A DNA stretch of 64,000 bases. It comes from Leidyana gryllorum EB-2025a. Its lineage: Eukaryota; Protista; Apicomplexa. The notes beneath the pieces were generated by a model. That model was given only the letters and a program-made list of their open reading frames with translations. It made no database searches and was not told where the DNA came from. Both the position numbers and the translations under genes were made by a program. Below, one piece after another: positions 20,094-30,373 of this stretch (the first letter of the stretch is position 1; each line of letters starts with the position of its first letter). The stretch spans positions 1-64,000 of the forward strand of contig JBLWGC010000043.1 in assembly GCA_048772705.1 (NCBI GenBank). The letters are read 5' to 3'.

Positions 20094-20292
20094 ACTTGAG
20101 AAAGAGCTTCAGCACCCCGAGACTCGGCCGCAGTCTGCGTTGAGCTAGTGGGTGCCTCAGGTACTGGCAGGTTCCAGTCTGCGACTTTGCGGCTACGAGA
20201 CTTACCCTCTGCTGGCTGAGCTACGAGGCTCAGCTACGATGATTGGAGCTTGAGAGACTTTAAGCTTTGCAGGTGCCCAGTCGAGGCAGTAA

Positions 20293-20364
20293 AGTCTTCT
20301 GCCGGAAACGAACCGGCGACCTTTCGCTTACTAAGCGAATGCTCTGCCCCTGAGCTAAGAAGGC
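20293..20364 (-). tRNA. tRNA-Thr(AGT) variant
   Basis: A58T, acceptor mismatch. Confidence 0.65.
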
Positions 20365-20432
20365 AATGCAGGCCGAAGATCACGAATCAGTGACTATTGA
20401 CGGGGATTACTGGAGCACTTTGCTCCAGTAGC

Positions 20433-20505
20433 TTCCACTGCCGGGACTCGAACCCGGATCGTGCGGGTGAGAGCCGCATATCCTAACCACTTGGACTACA
20501 GTGGA
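20433..20505 (-). tRNA. tRNA-Glu(CTC), second isodecoder
   Basis: Intact; GTCCAAGTGGTT and TTCGAGT variant. Confidence 0.9.
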
Positions 20506-20645
20506 CAAGTGCCCGAGTTGAGGCTTTGGACGAGAGCCGTACCGTCTTGAGATCAGGTGGAGCGTCGGGTCAAGCGACGACGAACGGGCTCGTCGGATAC
20601 GTGTGTCCAAAGACACACGCCCCTTTCACAGCCCGGAAGCTCCGT

Positions 20646-20718
20646 GCAGCCATGGTCTAGTGGTCACGACGTCTGCTTCACACGCAGAAGGTCCCGAGTT
20701 CGATCCTCGGTGGCTGTA
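20646..20718 (+). tRNA. tRNA-Val(CAC)
   Basis: Full cloverleaf. Confidence 0.9.
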
Positions 20719-20778
20719 GCTCGCAACTTTCAGCGGGAACCAAAGGGGGAGAATCTTAGACGGAACCAACTAAGTGTG

Positions 20779-20850
20779 CTCCGAGACCGGGAATCGAACC
20801 CGGGTCTCCCGCGTGACAGGCGGAAATACTCACCACTATACTATCTCGGA
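20779..20850 (-). tRNA. tRNA-Asp(GTC)
   Basis: Full cloverleaf. Confidence 0.88.
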
Positions 20851-21028
20851 CGCTAGTAAACTCGCCGGCGTCCAACCCCAGAAGTCCTCGCATTTTGAGA
20901 TTTCCCCGACAGGAAATGGGTGGAACCGCGAGCCAAGAACACTCCGGCAAGATGGCCGAGTGCTGTGTGCAAGCCGCCGTTCGAAAATGCGGGCGGATGA
21001 TCGCAACCATGTTTAGGCTAATGACTGA

Positions 21029-21100
21029 AGCCTCCTGCCGGAATCGAACCAGCGACCTTTCGCTTACAAAGCGAATGCTCTGCCTCTAAGCTAAGGAGGC
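21029..21100 (-). tRNA. tRNA-Thr(TGT)
   Basis: Full cloverleaf. Confidence 0.88.
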
Positions 21101-21164
21101 ATTCCCTGTCTCGACCCATATGAGTTTTTGATGCTGGGAATTGCATCATTTCCACCACATCGCA

Positions 21165-21246
21165 CGACAACTGCTGGATTTGAACCAGCGCGGGCCAGGC
21201 CCAGTAGATTTCTAGTCTACCCCCTTAACCACTCGGGCAAGTTGCC
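21165..21246 (-). tRNA. tRNA-Ser(AGA)
   Basis: Consensus. Confidence 0.92.
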
Positions 21247-21354
21247 ACCTGTCGAACTCGGCATTTTGCGGCCAGTGATGTCACATACGGTTCAGCAAGC
21301 TTGACTAGGACCCCAAACCGTCGTGAAAAGTGCCAGCGAGTAAGAGATGTCGTC

Positions 21355-21436
21355 GGCAAGGTGGCCGAGTGGTTAAGGCGGCGGCCTGCTAAGCCGTTGG
21401 GTGCCACCCGCGTGAGTTCGAATCTCACCCTTGTCG
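21355..21436 (+). tRNA. tRNA-Ser(GCT)
   Basis: Full type II cloverleaf. Confidence 0.9.
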
Positions 21437-21593
21437 GTAGCATTCGGGGAGAGCGCAACTGGTTGCATGATTGAACTGAGGTTTTTGCCCGACTCGAATC
21501 CAACTCTTGACGCTGGGGTCTGTATACAAGACCCGTGTTGCATGTGTCCAGTTGAGGAAGCGCTAGTCCGACTCTTCTGGGATGGGCTGAACC

Positions 21594-21665
21594 GGTTGCG
21601 TCCTTGGTGGTTAGCACTCGACACTTTGGATTTTGCGACCTGGGTTCGATCCCGGCGCGACCCTT
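21594..21665 (+). pseudogene. tRNA-Gln degenerate family
   Basis: Also near 45245, 63496. Confidence 0.6.
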
Positions 21666-21727
21666 GAACTGGTCCTCACTACTCCCTGAAGCTTCGCAAC
21701 TTCTCTTGGGCTGCGGGGACCATCCAT

Positions 21728-21800
21728 GCAGCCATGGTCTAGTGGTTACGACGTCTGCTTAACACGCAGAAGGTCCCGAGTTCGATCCCAAGTGGCTGTA
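21728..21800 (+). tRNA. tRNA-Val(AAC) variant
   Basis: T-stem mismatches. Confidence 0.68.
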
Positions 21801-21846
21801 GCTCGAATCTTTGAAGCGAGTCCCACCAAAACGAGGAAACAGGCTC

Positions 21847-21926
21847 TGACAAAACAGGGATTCGAACCCACGCCCTTTCGGACTGCGGCCTTAACACAGC
21901 GCCTTGGACCACTCGGCCATCTTGCC
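21847..21926 (-). pseudogene. tRNA-Leu(AAG) with degenerate 3' end
   Basis: 3' strand mismatched. Confidence 0.65.
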
Positions 21927-22153
21927 GGAGTGTTCTTGGCTCGCCACTTTACACGTTTTCTGTTCGTGAAGTCTCGAGAAGGAAGGCTTTTCTCACGGCC
22001 CGGGGTGCTTAGATGGCAACCCATCTGATGGTAGTGGTGGCATCAGCTATTCGACGAGGAAATTCCGTGCGCCGGGAGTTGAGGAGTGGACTTCTTACAA
22101 CGCATTCCATCCTGATCGATGCTTCGCTACCTCTACAGCCTCGCTCAAAGATT

Positions 22154-22225
22154 GTCCGAGTCGTCTAGTGGTTAGGACAGCACGTTGTGGCCGTGCAAAC
22201 CCAGGCTCGATTCCTGGCTCGGACA
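22154..22225 (+). tRNA. tRNA-His(GTG)
   Basis: Full cloverleaf, A73, no genomic G-1, C54. Confidence 0.88.
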
Positions 22226-22304
22226 AGCAATCTAAAGTGCATTGCTCTTCGCCCCGGTTGAAAATATTGTTGCAGCCATCGTCAAGCCTGTACGATCGGC
22301 TGCA

Positions 22305-22356
22305 CCCGGGTCTTCCGCGTGACAGGCGGAAATACTAACCACTATACTATCTCGGA
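22305..22356 (-). pseudogene. tRNA-Asp(GTC) truncated before T-loop
   Basis: Fused to Gly(CCC) 3' end and flank. Confidence 0.68.
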
Positions 22357-22471
22357 CGCTAGTAAACACGCCGGCCTTCAACCCCAGAAGTCCTCGCATT
22401 TTGAGCGGGCAGTGGCCCCACATACGGCCGCGGTAGGTGCTCATCTTCACCGCCTTCCGTGACTACCTACC

Positions 22472-22544
22472 GCCCCGGTAGCTCAGTTGGGAGAGCGCCA
22501 GACTGAAGATCTGGAAGTCCCGTGTTCGATCCACGGCCGAGGCA
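22472..22544 (+). tRNA. tRNA-Phe(GAA)
   Basis: Eukaryotic Phe D-loop AGTTGGGA, CCAGA-CTGAAGA-TCTGG. Confidence 0.92.
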
Positions 22545-23161
22545 GAGAGGTTGTAATATTTGGTGTCATCCCTCACAGCCGTGCGACTCCAGCTTGCCAG
22601 CAGCGTTCCGCAGATTCTCAACGGGCAATCGTCCACTCATCAAGCAGGGCATGCAATAGCTCTTCTAAGTTGGAGACCGCTAGCTCAAAAGGTCCGCGTT
22701 ACGACCTCAGCACGGTCGCATTTTGCCGTCAGACCACAAGTGCAGTCGAAAGATCGACAGAGGCTGTAGCACTCACAGAGACACGAGGAGAGTGTTGGGC
22801 TCATGACCTAAAGTTCCGTCGATCGAAACGACGCACTGGTGAGCGCCCGCAGGCGGACACACTTATAGAAATGATTCACAGGCGTCTTTTCTCCGAGAGC
22901 TCCCCGACCTGGTATCGACCCCCGCACATTTGGCCTGCAAAGTCACCTCTCTGGCACTTGGAATAGCCGCCTATCCGCTGAACCCAAGCGAACTTTTCCA
23001 GCCTCGGTTCCTCAACAGTGGCACTTCGAGCCCTCAAGCTCAACACTGCGGCACAGATCGCGGTGGCCTGCGGTGCCAAACTTGAGTTTGGATGGCGCAA
23101 GTCTGCATGGCTCCGAATGGCAGCCACTCTTCTCGATAACACGGTTGAGCGGGACCACGAG

Positions 23162-23234
23162 AACGGTGGGCGGGACTCGAACCCACAACCTTTGCCTCCG
23201 GAGGGCAACACGCTATCCATTGCGCCACCACCGC
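23162..23234 (-). tRNA. tRNA-Arg(CCG)
   Basis: Full cloverleaf. Confidence 0.9.
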
Positions 23235-23412
23235 ACAACCCACAGCCTCACTGTCTCAAACACCCGAGTCGTCAGTATCGCCTGGCCCCACTGGTTCGAA
23301 TCTAGCCGCTGTCGAGTGACGTGGTAGGCGGAGTTCGAAAGACTCGTTATCGTATTTGAGACAGGGGATGCGTGTATCAACTCTCTTAGACCCTCGTCAG
23401 CGGCTAGCAAAA

Positions 23413-23486
23413 AGGCTGTTTTAGGAATCGAACCCAGGACTCCTTCCACCCCCTAAGGAAGGATCATACCACTAGACCGAACAGCC
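23413..23486 (-). pseudogene. tRNA-Pro(AGG) degenerate
   Basis: 2-nt anticodon-loop insertion. Confidence 0.62.
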
Positions 23487-23694
23487 GAATGTTAGGGGGA
23501 TCCACGATGTAATGGCCAATTCCGCCCTGGAATGAGTACCGTTGCACAGAATGGGATTCGCACCCATGCAGACTTGCGCCTACCAGAATGTGGCAAGATG
23601 CCCTAGTGGGCAAGGCGCTGTGTTCAGACCCCACTCACATGGTCGGCACTGGCTACCCGCAGGAACCCCAGACTACTTATTTCGATGCTGCATT

Positions 23695-23775
23695 GCGAGA
23701 ATGCCCGAGAGGTTAAGGGGGTGGCCTTAAGATCCACTGGTTAATTCCGCGTGGGTTCGAACCCCACTTCTCGCA
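23695..23775 (+). tRNA. tRNA-Leu(TAA)
   Basis: Type II cloverleaf, single copy; 31:39 mismatch. Confidence 0.82.
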
Positions 23776-23821
23776 TAAGGAGGCAAGTGTCGGAGGGGGA
23801 ATCGGATGACAATGCAACGGT

Positions 23822-23901
23822 TGACAAGAGCGGGATTCGAACCCACGCACTTTCGAACTGCGGCCTTAACACAGCGCCTTGGTCCACTCGGCTATCATGC
23901 C
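23822..23901 (-). pseudogene. tRNA-Leu(AAG) degenerate
   Basis: Several substitutions. Confidence 0.65.
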
Positions 23902-24041
23902 GGAGTGTTCTTGGCTCGCCACTTGACAGGTTTTCTTTTCGTGAAGTGTCGAGAAGGGAGGACCCGGGTACGATTCTCGGTCTTGGAGACACTTAGTTTT
24001 TCCGCTTTAGATTTCGTGGTGCTCACCGGAAAAATGCGACT

Positions 24042-24114
24042 TACAGCCACCGAGGATCGAACTCGGGACCTTCTGCGTGTTAAGCAGACGTCGTGACCAT
24101 TAGACCATGGCTGC
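24042..24114 (-). tRNA. tRNA-Val(AAC)
   Basis: Full cloverleaf. Confidence 0.85.
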
Positions 24115-24177
24115 AGCGAAGGTCCCGCAGACCACGAGAAGTGGCGAGGCTTCACGGAAAAGTGAAGACCAGTTTCG

Positions 24178-24249
24178 AGGTCGCGCCGGGAATCGAAGCT
24201 AGGTCGGGAGATTTAGAGTCTCCAGTGCTAACCACTGCACCACGTAACC
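24178..24249 (-). pseudogene. tRNA-Gln body with CTA (amber) anticodon, degenerate
   Basis: GGAGA-CTCTAAA-TCTCC; T-stem and acceptor mismatches. Confidence 0.68.
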
Positions 24250-24527
24250 GATTCAGTCCTTCCCGAAAAAGAGTTGGTAGAGTCATCCGGACTATCGCTC
24301 CTCAACTGGACACATGCAGCACGCGTCTCTCTACTGACCTTTGAAATATTGTAATCGGCTCTTGTGTCTTAGTCGGCAGAGTGTGTGTTTGTAAAATACA
24401 AACTCGGGAATCCGGGCTCAGAGGCAACCTTCACACATACTGCGATGCCCAGGTCTGTCCAAGGGCTACAAGGAACAATTATCTCAGCTCGGGAAATAAA
24501 TAGCGGCAGGTGAAGCCGTACGAAGTT

Positions 24528-24600
24528 TGGACGACCTGGGCATCGATCCCAGTACCTCTCGCATGCTAAGCGAGCGCTCTACCATTTGAGCTAGTCGCCC
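24528..24600 (-). tRNA. tRNA-Ala(AGC)
   Basis: Consensus. Confidence 0.92.
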
Positions 24601-24688
24601 GTTGTGCAGATTCCGTCGATTTTTTTTGTTCTCAACATCGTATGACCACTCTCTCGACTGTACTCAGCGGGTTGCTCGACCGACAGCC

Positions 24689-24760
24689 GGCTGTTTGGTC
24701 TAGTGGTATGATTCTTCCTTCGGGTGGAAGAAGTCCTGGGTTCGATTCCCAGAACAGGGC
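24689..24760 (+). tRNA. tRNA-Pro(CGG) variant
   Basis: 3' acceptor end altered. Confidence 0.7.
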
Positions 24761-24842
24761 CCGTTGGTTGTCGGTTGACCCGACGCTCTATCTCATCTCA
24801 AGATGGTACGGCTCTCGTCCAAAGCTGCAGCTGAGGAAGTTG

Positions 24843-24914
24843 TCCACTGTAGTCTAAGTGGCTAGGTTATGCGGCTCTCACCCGTACATCCGGGTTCAAG
24901 ACCCGGCAGTGGAA
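24843..24914 (+). pseudogene. tRNA-Glu(CTC) variant
   Basis: Inverted copy of 5218. Confidence 0.65.
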
Positions 24915-24982
24915 GCTACTCGAGCAAAGTGCCTCAGTAATCCCCGTCAATAGTAATTGATTCTTGATCTTCGGCCTGGATT

Positions 24983-25054
24983 GCCTTCTTAGCTTAGGGG
25001 CAGAGCATTCGCTTAGTAAGCGAAAGGTCGCCGGTTCGATTCCGGCAGAAGGCT
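24983..25054 (+). tRNA. tRNA-Thr(AGT)
   Basis: Consensus. Confidence 0.92.
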
Positions 25055-25146
25055 CGACTGCATCGACTAGGCACCTGCAAGCGGTAAGTCTCTTAGCCAC
25101 GAAGCCGCAGGTTTGGAACCTGCCGGTACCTGAGGCACCCACAGGG

Positions 25147-25218
25147 GGCTGTTTGGTCTAGTGGTATGATTCTTCCTTCGGGTGGAAGAAGTCCTGGGTT
25201 CGACTCCCAGAACAGCCC
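25147..25218 (+). tRNA. tRNA-Pro(CGG)
   Basis: Full cloverleaf. Confidence 0.9.
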
Positions 25219-25570
25219 GTCTGATAGTTGTTGACGCAACAAGGCACTCGCCCCATCCCGAGACAATGTCCCTGACAGCCAAGACAGGATCTGAGTTGTT
25301 GACTCAACAGGCTACAACCCGACCATTCGCCCAGACGCTACTGGGACTCGAACCCAAAATCCCCGGTTGGAGTCCGGGCGCGACCAAGTGAGTGCATCTC
25401 TGATACAGCTTCGCCCTGTACCGAGGAAGGCCCAAGATTCAACGATCAATACGAATGGAATTTGTTACTAAGTCCGAGCTTCGTCGCCGCCCCAAGTCCG
25501 TCGGTAGAGCGCAAGACTTTTGATGGGAGACCGCAGGTTCGGGCAGCGCGAGAAGTTTGAGACAGGGAAT

Positions 25571-25642
25571 GCCTCCTTAGCTTAGGGGCAGAGCATTCGC
25601 TTTGTAAGCGAAAGGTCGCTGGTTCGATTCCGGCAGGAGGCT
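25571..25642 (+). tRNA. tRNA-Thr(TGT)
   Basis: Consensus. Confidence 0.9.
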
Positions 25643-25819
25643 TCAGTCATTAGCCTAAACATGGTTGCGATCATGCGCCCGCATTTTCGGACGGCGGCTT
25701 GCACACAGCACTCGGCCATCTCGCCGAAGTGTTGTTGGCTCGCCGTTCCACCCGTTTCCCGTCGTGTAATCTCAAAATGCGAGGACTTCTGGGGTTGGAG
25801 GCCGGCGTGTTTACTAGCG

Positions 25820-25891
25820 TCCGAGATAGTGTAGTGGTCAGTATTTCCGCCTGTCACGCGGAAGACCCGGGTTCGATTCCCGGTCTCGGAG
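25820..25891 (+). tRNA. tRNA-Asp(GTC)
   Basis: Full cloverleaf. Confidence 0.88.
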
Positions 25892-25946
25892 CACAGTTGG
25901 TTTCGCTTGAGATTGTCTTTTTTGGTGCGTGCTGAAGGTTGCGAGC

Positions 25947-26019
25947 TACAGCCACCGAGGGTCGAATTCGGGACCTTCTGCGTGTAAAGCAGACGTCGTA
26001 ACCACTAGACCATGGCTGT
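25947..26019 (-). tRNA. tRNA-Val(TAC) variant
   Basis: G53A. Confidence 0.7.
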
Positions 26020-26082
26020 AGCGAAGGTCCCGCAGACCAAGAGAAGTGGCGAGGTTTTACGAAGTAGTGAGGACTAGTTTTG

Positions 26083-26154
26083 AGGTCGCGCCGGGAATCG
26101 AACCCAGATCGGGAGATTCCGAGTCTCCAGTGCTAACCACTACACCACGCAACC
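26083..26154 (-). tRNA. tRNA-Gln body with CGG anticodon
   Basis: GGAGA-CTCGGAA-TCTCC; otherwise near consensus. Confidence 0.65.
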
Positions 26155-26425
26155 CATTCACTCCTTCACAAAAAAGAGTTGGTAGAGCATCCGGACTAGC
26201 CCTCAACATGCAACACGCCTATCTCTACTAACCTCTGAGATATTGTAACTGGCTCTTGTACTTCAGTCGACAGAGCGTGTCGTTGTAAAATACAAACCCG
26301 GAGACCCGGTCTCTGAGGCAACCTTCACACATACTGCGGTGCCCACGTCTATCCAAGGGGTACAGGGCACCTTCAAAGCTCTCAACTCTGTAGTCAAATA
26401 GCGCCAATTGCAGCACTACAAACTT

Positions 26426-26498
26426 TGGACGACCTGGCCATTGATCCCAGTAGCTCTCGCACGCTAAGCGAGCGCTTCACCATTTGAGCCAGTCCCCC
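26426..26498 (-). pseudogene. tRNA-Ala(AGC) degenerate
   Basis: Many lesions. Confidence 0.6.
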
Positions 26499-26765
26499 GC
26501 TGTGCAGACCCCATCGCATTTAGTGGTACTTCACATAGTATTACCACTCTCGAGTGTACCTAGCGGGTTGCACGACCGATAGGCGGCAGTTTGGTCTAGT
26601 GGTATGATCCTTCCTTAGTGTGGAAGGAGTCCTGGGTTCGATACCCAGAACAGCCCTCTTGGTTGTCGGGGACCCGATGGGATAAGCAGTTTTTAAAACT
26701 AACACAGCCACCTCGTCAGCATCTCAAGAATCGCATTTCGGCTACCGCTTCCATGTTGCAGACTG

Positions 26766-26837
26766 AGCAGTGTAGCTCAGTGGAAGAGTGTTGGGCTCGT
26801 AACCCAAAGGTCACTCCAGCGAAACGACGCACTGCCA
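26766..26837 (+). pseudogene. tRNA-iMet degenerate (CGT)
   Basis: T-arm destroyed. Confidence 0.65.
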
Positions 26838-26886
26838 AGTGTGCGCAGCAGGGAAACAGTTATAGAATAGATCGGCTCGTGAGCAA

Positions 26887-26958
26887 AGCCTTCTGCCGGA
26901 ATCGAACCGGCGACCTTTCGCTTACTAAGCGAATGCTCTGCCCCTAAGCTAAGAAGGC
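26887..26958 (-). tRNA. tRNA-Thr(AGT)
   Basis: Consensus. Confidence 0.92.
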
Positions 26959-27030
26959 AATGCAAGCCGGGAATCACGCATCAGTCCCTATTTACGCAAG
27001 TTAGAGCACTTTGATGAGTACTCTAATGAC

Positions 27031-27103
27031 TTCCACTGCCGGGACTTGAACCCGGATCGTGCGGGTGAAAGCCGCATATCCTAGCCACTTAGACTACAGT
27101 GGA
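27031..27103 (-). tRNA. tRNA-Glu(TTC)
   Basis: Consensus. Confidence 0.92.
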
Positions 27104-27246
27104 CGAGTCACAACAGTTGCACTGACGAATGAGGCGCCAGAGAACTGTGAGTCGGTCTCAGATGGTTGAGAACCAACAAATGCGATGGGGTCTGCACAGC
27201 AAAATGGAAAGACTTTTGGAGTTGGAGGCCGGCGTATTCAATTGCG

Positions 27247-27318
27247 GCCGAGATAGTCTAGTGGTTAGTATTTCCGCCTGACACGCGGAAGACCCGGGCT
27301 CGATTCCCGGTCTCGGAG
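27247..27318 (+). pseudogene. tRNA-Asp degenerate (GAC)
   Basis: 4 substitutions. Confidence 0.62.
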
Positions 27319-27582
27319 ATAGATCGTCTTCCTCTCTAGATTTCGTGATGCTCACCTGAACGATGCGTGTTACAGCCACCGAGGATGGAACTCGGGACCT
27401 TCTGCGTGTTAAACAGACGTCGTGACCACTAGATGGCTGCACGGAGCTTCCGGACTGCGAAAGGGGCGTGTGTCTCTGCAACCACGTATCCGATGAGCCT
27501 GGTTTTTATGTATCGGCCTAAGTTGGACGGCCTGGACTAGTTTTAAGACCCTTCGCTTTGTATTCAGGAATGGAGATGTCAC

Positions 27583-27653
27583 GCATCTGTGGTTTAGTGG
27601 TAGACTGTGTCGTTGCCATCGAGACGATCCAGGTTCGATTCCCGGCAGATGCA
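27583..27653 (+). tRNA. tRNA-Gly(GCC) variant
   Basis: Same subfamily as 9867. Confidence 0.65.
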
Positions 27654-27735
27654 GAGAAGATGGCAGATGGTTGATTGAGGCACCATTCTGGGGTTTCAGG
27701 AGTGAGTTGCTGTCTGCCCCGCCAATCAGATCGCA

Positions 27736-27817
27736 CGACAACTGCTGGATTTGAACCAGCGCGGGCCAGGCCCAGTAGATTTCTAGTCTACCCCCTTAAC
27801 CACTCGGGCAAGTTGCC
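27736..27817 (-). tRNA. tRNA-Ser(AGA)
   Basis: Consensus. Confidence 0.92.
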
Positions 27818-28079
27818 AACTCTCGAATTCGACATGCCGCGAGGAGTGACCAAATACCCCCATGTTCAGCCTGTCCTGCGGCATTGATAGGTGTCTAAAC
27901 CGACCTCTCGCGTGCAAAGTCATCGCTCTACCACTTGAGATAGCCGCCCGGGCTCGATTTCCCGGCAGATGCAGAGGACACGTGCTTGTTTTTCACCATT
28001 CCAACAGTTCATGCGTAAGTTGGCCCCACATACGGTCTCGCTAAGTGCTTATTTTCACCGCCTTCCATGACTGTCTAGC

Positions 28080-28152
28080 GCCCCGGTAGCTCAGTTGGGA
28101 GAGCGCCAGACTGAAGATCGGGAAGTCCCGTGTTCGAGCCACGGCCGAGGAA
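28080..28152 (+). tRNA. tRNA-Phe(GAA) variant
   Basis: 3 substitutions versus 22472. Confidence 0.68.
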
Positions 28153-28476
28153 GAGAGGTCGTGACATCTGGTGTCAGAATTCCTCGCAACCAGGCAGGCC
28201 CTGTCTCGATCACATGAGGGGCAGTGGAAGTCCTTGGAGTGCTTCAACAACCTCCCTCAACGGGCTTAGATGCGCGATTTCCTTCTTGGATTGACTTGTA
28301 AGCTTAGGGGCAGAGCGTTTGCTTCGTAAACGAGACGTCGGCGGCTCGATTCCGACAGAAGGCCTTGGTGCATCGATAGGCTCTCTAACAACGGCTGTCA
28401 CCACGTACAAGATGCAGCAAGAACTCACGCCTGAAACCCCAGAATGGTACCTCAATCAAAAATCTGCCATCTTCTC

Positions 28477-28547
28477 TGCATCTGCCGCGAATCGGACCTG
28501 GGTCGTCTCGGCGGCAACGACACAGTCTACCCCTAGACCACAGATGC
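28477..28547 (-). pseudogene. tRNA-Gly(GCC) degenerate
   Basis: B-box lesions. Confidence 0.6.
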
Positions 28548-28686
28548 GTGACACCTCCATTCCTGAATACAAGGCGATGAGTCCGGACTACTCTAGGCCG
28601 TCCAACTTAGGGCGGTACGTAAAAACCAGGCTCATCGAATATGTGTTTCCAAAGACACACGCCCCTTTCGCAGCCAAAAGCTCCGT

Positions 28687-28759
28687 GCAGCCATGGTCTA
28701 GTGGTCACGACGTCTGCTTAACACGCAGAAGGTCCCGAGTTCAATCCTCGGTGGCTGTA
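28687..28759 (+). tRNA. tRNA-Val(AAC)
   Basis: Full cloverleaf. Confidence 0.88.
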
Positions 28760-28811
28760 ACACGCATCGTTCAGACGAGCATCACGAAATCTAGAGCGGA
28801 AGACGATCTGT

Positions 28812-28883
28812 CTCCGAGACCGGGAATCGAACCCGGGTCTTCCGAGTGACAGTCGGAAATACTAACCACTATACTATCTCGGA
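28812..28883 (-). tRNA. tRNA-Asp(GTC) variant
   Basis: 31:39 pair changed to A:T. Confidence 0.8.
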
Positions 28884-29075
28884 CGCTGTGAACACGCCGC
28901 CCTCCAATCCCAAAAGTCCTTCCATTTGAGATTCCAAGCACAGAAAACGCGTCGAGCGGCGAGCCAACAACATCCCAGCAAGATGGCCGATTTGTCTAAG
29001 GCGCTGTGCTCAGACGGCAGTGCGACAGGGCGAGGATCTGGGGTTGACCCTTCGAACCTCGCAGCAGTTGGACGG

Positions 29076-29155
29076 CCGGGGGTAGCTCAGTCGGTAGAGC
29101 ATCTGACTCTAGTGCTGGCATCAGATAGTCGGCGGTTCGATTCCGTCCCACTGGA
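29076..29155 (+). tRNA. tRNA-Tyr body with CTA (amber) anticodon and 7-nt intron (29113-29119)
   Basis: TCTGA-CTCTAG-[TGCTGGC]-A-TCAGA; A/B boxes intact; G3:U70. Confidence 0.75.
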
Positions 29156-29344
29156 AGTAGAGTGGTGGTTGGCAGACTACCACTCAACCTGATGGGTTTT
29201 GGCAGACATCGTTGATGGGCCAACTGGAATGAATCTGGCGAAGATTCCATGCATATACAACTCAAATCTTGTCTTAGCTGTCGGAGCAGCATATCTTAGA
29301 CAACCTTGACGAGACGTGGCGTATTGAGTCAACAACTGACAGAC

Positions 29345-29415
29345 GGGCTGTTCTGGGAATCGAACCCATGACTTCTTCCACCCAAAGGAAGAATCATACC
29401 ACTAGACCAACAGCC
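29345..29415 (-). pseudogene. tRNA-Pro(TGG) variant
   Basis: 1-nt deletion, T-stem mismatch. Confidence 0.65.
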
Positions 29416-29652
29416 GACTGGTCGATGGTGCAAATTGCTGGTAGAGTCGGGAGACTGGTCATAATATGTCAAGAACCACTAAATGCTATGGGGTCTGCAC
29501 AGCGGGCGACTAGCTCAAATGATATAGCACTCGCTTGACATGCGAGAGATACTTGGATCAATGCTCAGGTCGTCCAAGCTTCTAACGGCTGCATCCGCGG
29601 TATATGAAAACAGAGTTACGGCCGAAAGGAGTTGATGCCCGATCACATCGCA

Positions 29653-29734
29653 CGACAACTGCTGGATTTGAACCAGCCCGAGCCAGGCCCAGTAGATTTC
29701 GAGTCTACCCCCTTAACCACTCGGGCAAGTTGCC
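29653..29734 (-). tRNA. tRNA-Ser(CGA)
   Basis: 2 variable-region substitutions. Confidence 0.8.
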
Positions 29735-29988
29735 AACAGTTGAATTCGGCATGCCGCAGGCAGTGGCTTCACATACGTTCAGCAAGCTTGACTCGCACCG
29801 CTCGCGCTGCCCGAACCCACGGTCTCTCCACCCGAACCCGCGGTCTCTCCATTGAAAGTCTTGCGCTCTACCGACACAGCTGGCGCGGCAAGGAAGCTTG
29901 GACTTGCTAACAAGTTCATTTCGTATTGGTCGCAGAATGTTGGGGCTTCCTTGGGTCCGGGCAACTCTTTATCAGAGATCTACTCACT

Positions 29989-30062
29989 TGGTCACGCCCG
30001 GGCTCGAACCGGGGACCTTGAGCTTATTAGGCTCACGCTCTAACCGACTGAGCTACGCGACC
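29989..30062 (-). tRNA. tRNA-Ile(AAT)
   Basis: Full cloverleaf. Confidence 0.92.
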
Positions 30063-30235
30063 ACTTCTGCGACGACAGATGGCACCGACCCGGATGCTGG
30101 ATCCCCCTGAGTTAGAATCAAACATCAGAGCCATTCAGACACTGGCAAGAAGCTGTAGACGGCGCAGCGCTGGAAGGGCGTCGGCCCGAATCCCACTCTT
30201 CTCAGGTTGCCCCCCATACGGGAAGATCATGAGGT

Positions 30236-30304
30236 CAAATTGAGTGATTCAAACGCCCAATTTTCTAAGCTGCAGTCAGACCCGCTACGTTCCGCCATAG
30301 GCCC
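30236..30304 (-). pseudogene. tRNA-Trp-derived degenerate
   Basis: Aligns to 40473; inverted twin near 36716. Confidence 0.55.
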
Positions 30305-30373
30305 CGCTCCAGACTCATTGCATTGTGGTCAGGAAAATTGGACCAACAACTTCGAGCGTTTTAGCCCATCTCC

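Larger units (their letters stand above)
18965..21246 (+). repeat. Direct duplication, copy at about 56941-59214 (offset about 37976)
   Basis: Near-identical text; ORF offset 37976. Confidence 0.92.
20295..21800 (+). repeat. Direct duplication, copy at about 43946-45451 (offset about 23651)
   Basis: Same gene order and spacers, somewhat more diverged. Confidence 0.85.
25003..26018 (+). repeat. Direct duplication, copy at about 62414-63430 (offset 37411-37412)
   Basis: Near-identical text. Confidence 0.9.

Noticed and set aside
16167-29155. Genome-wide UAG reassignment (alternative genetic code)
   Set aside because: The three CUA tRNAs are singletons on different bodies with extra lesions; a real reassignment should show a conserved multi-copy family. 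Kept only as individual findings.
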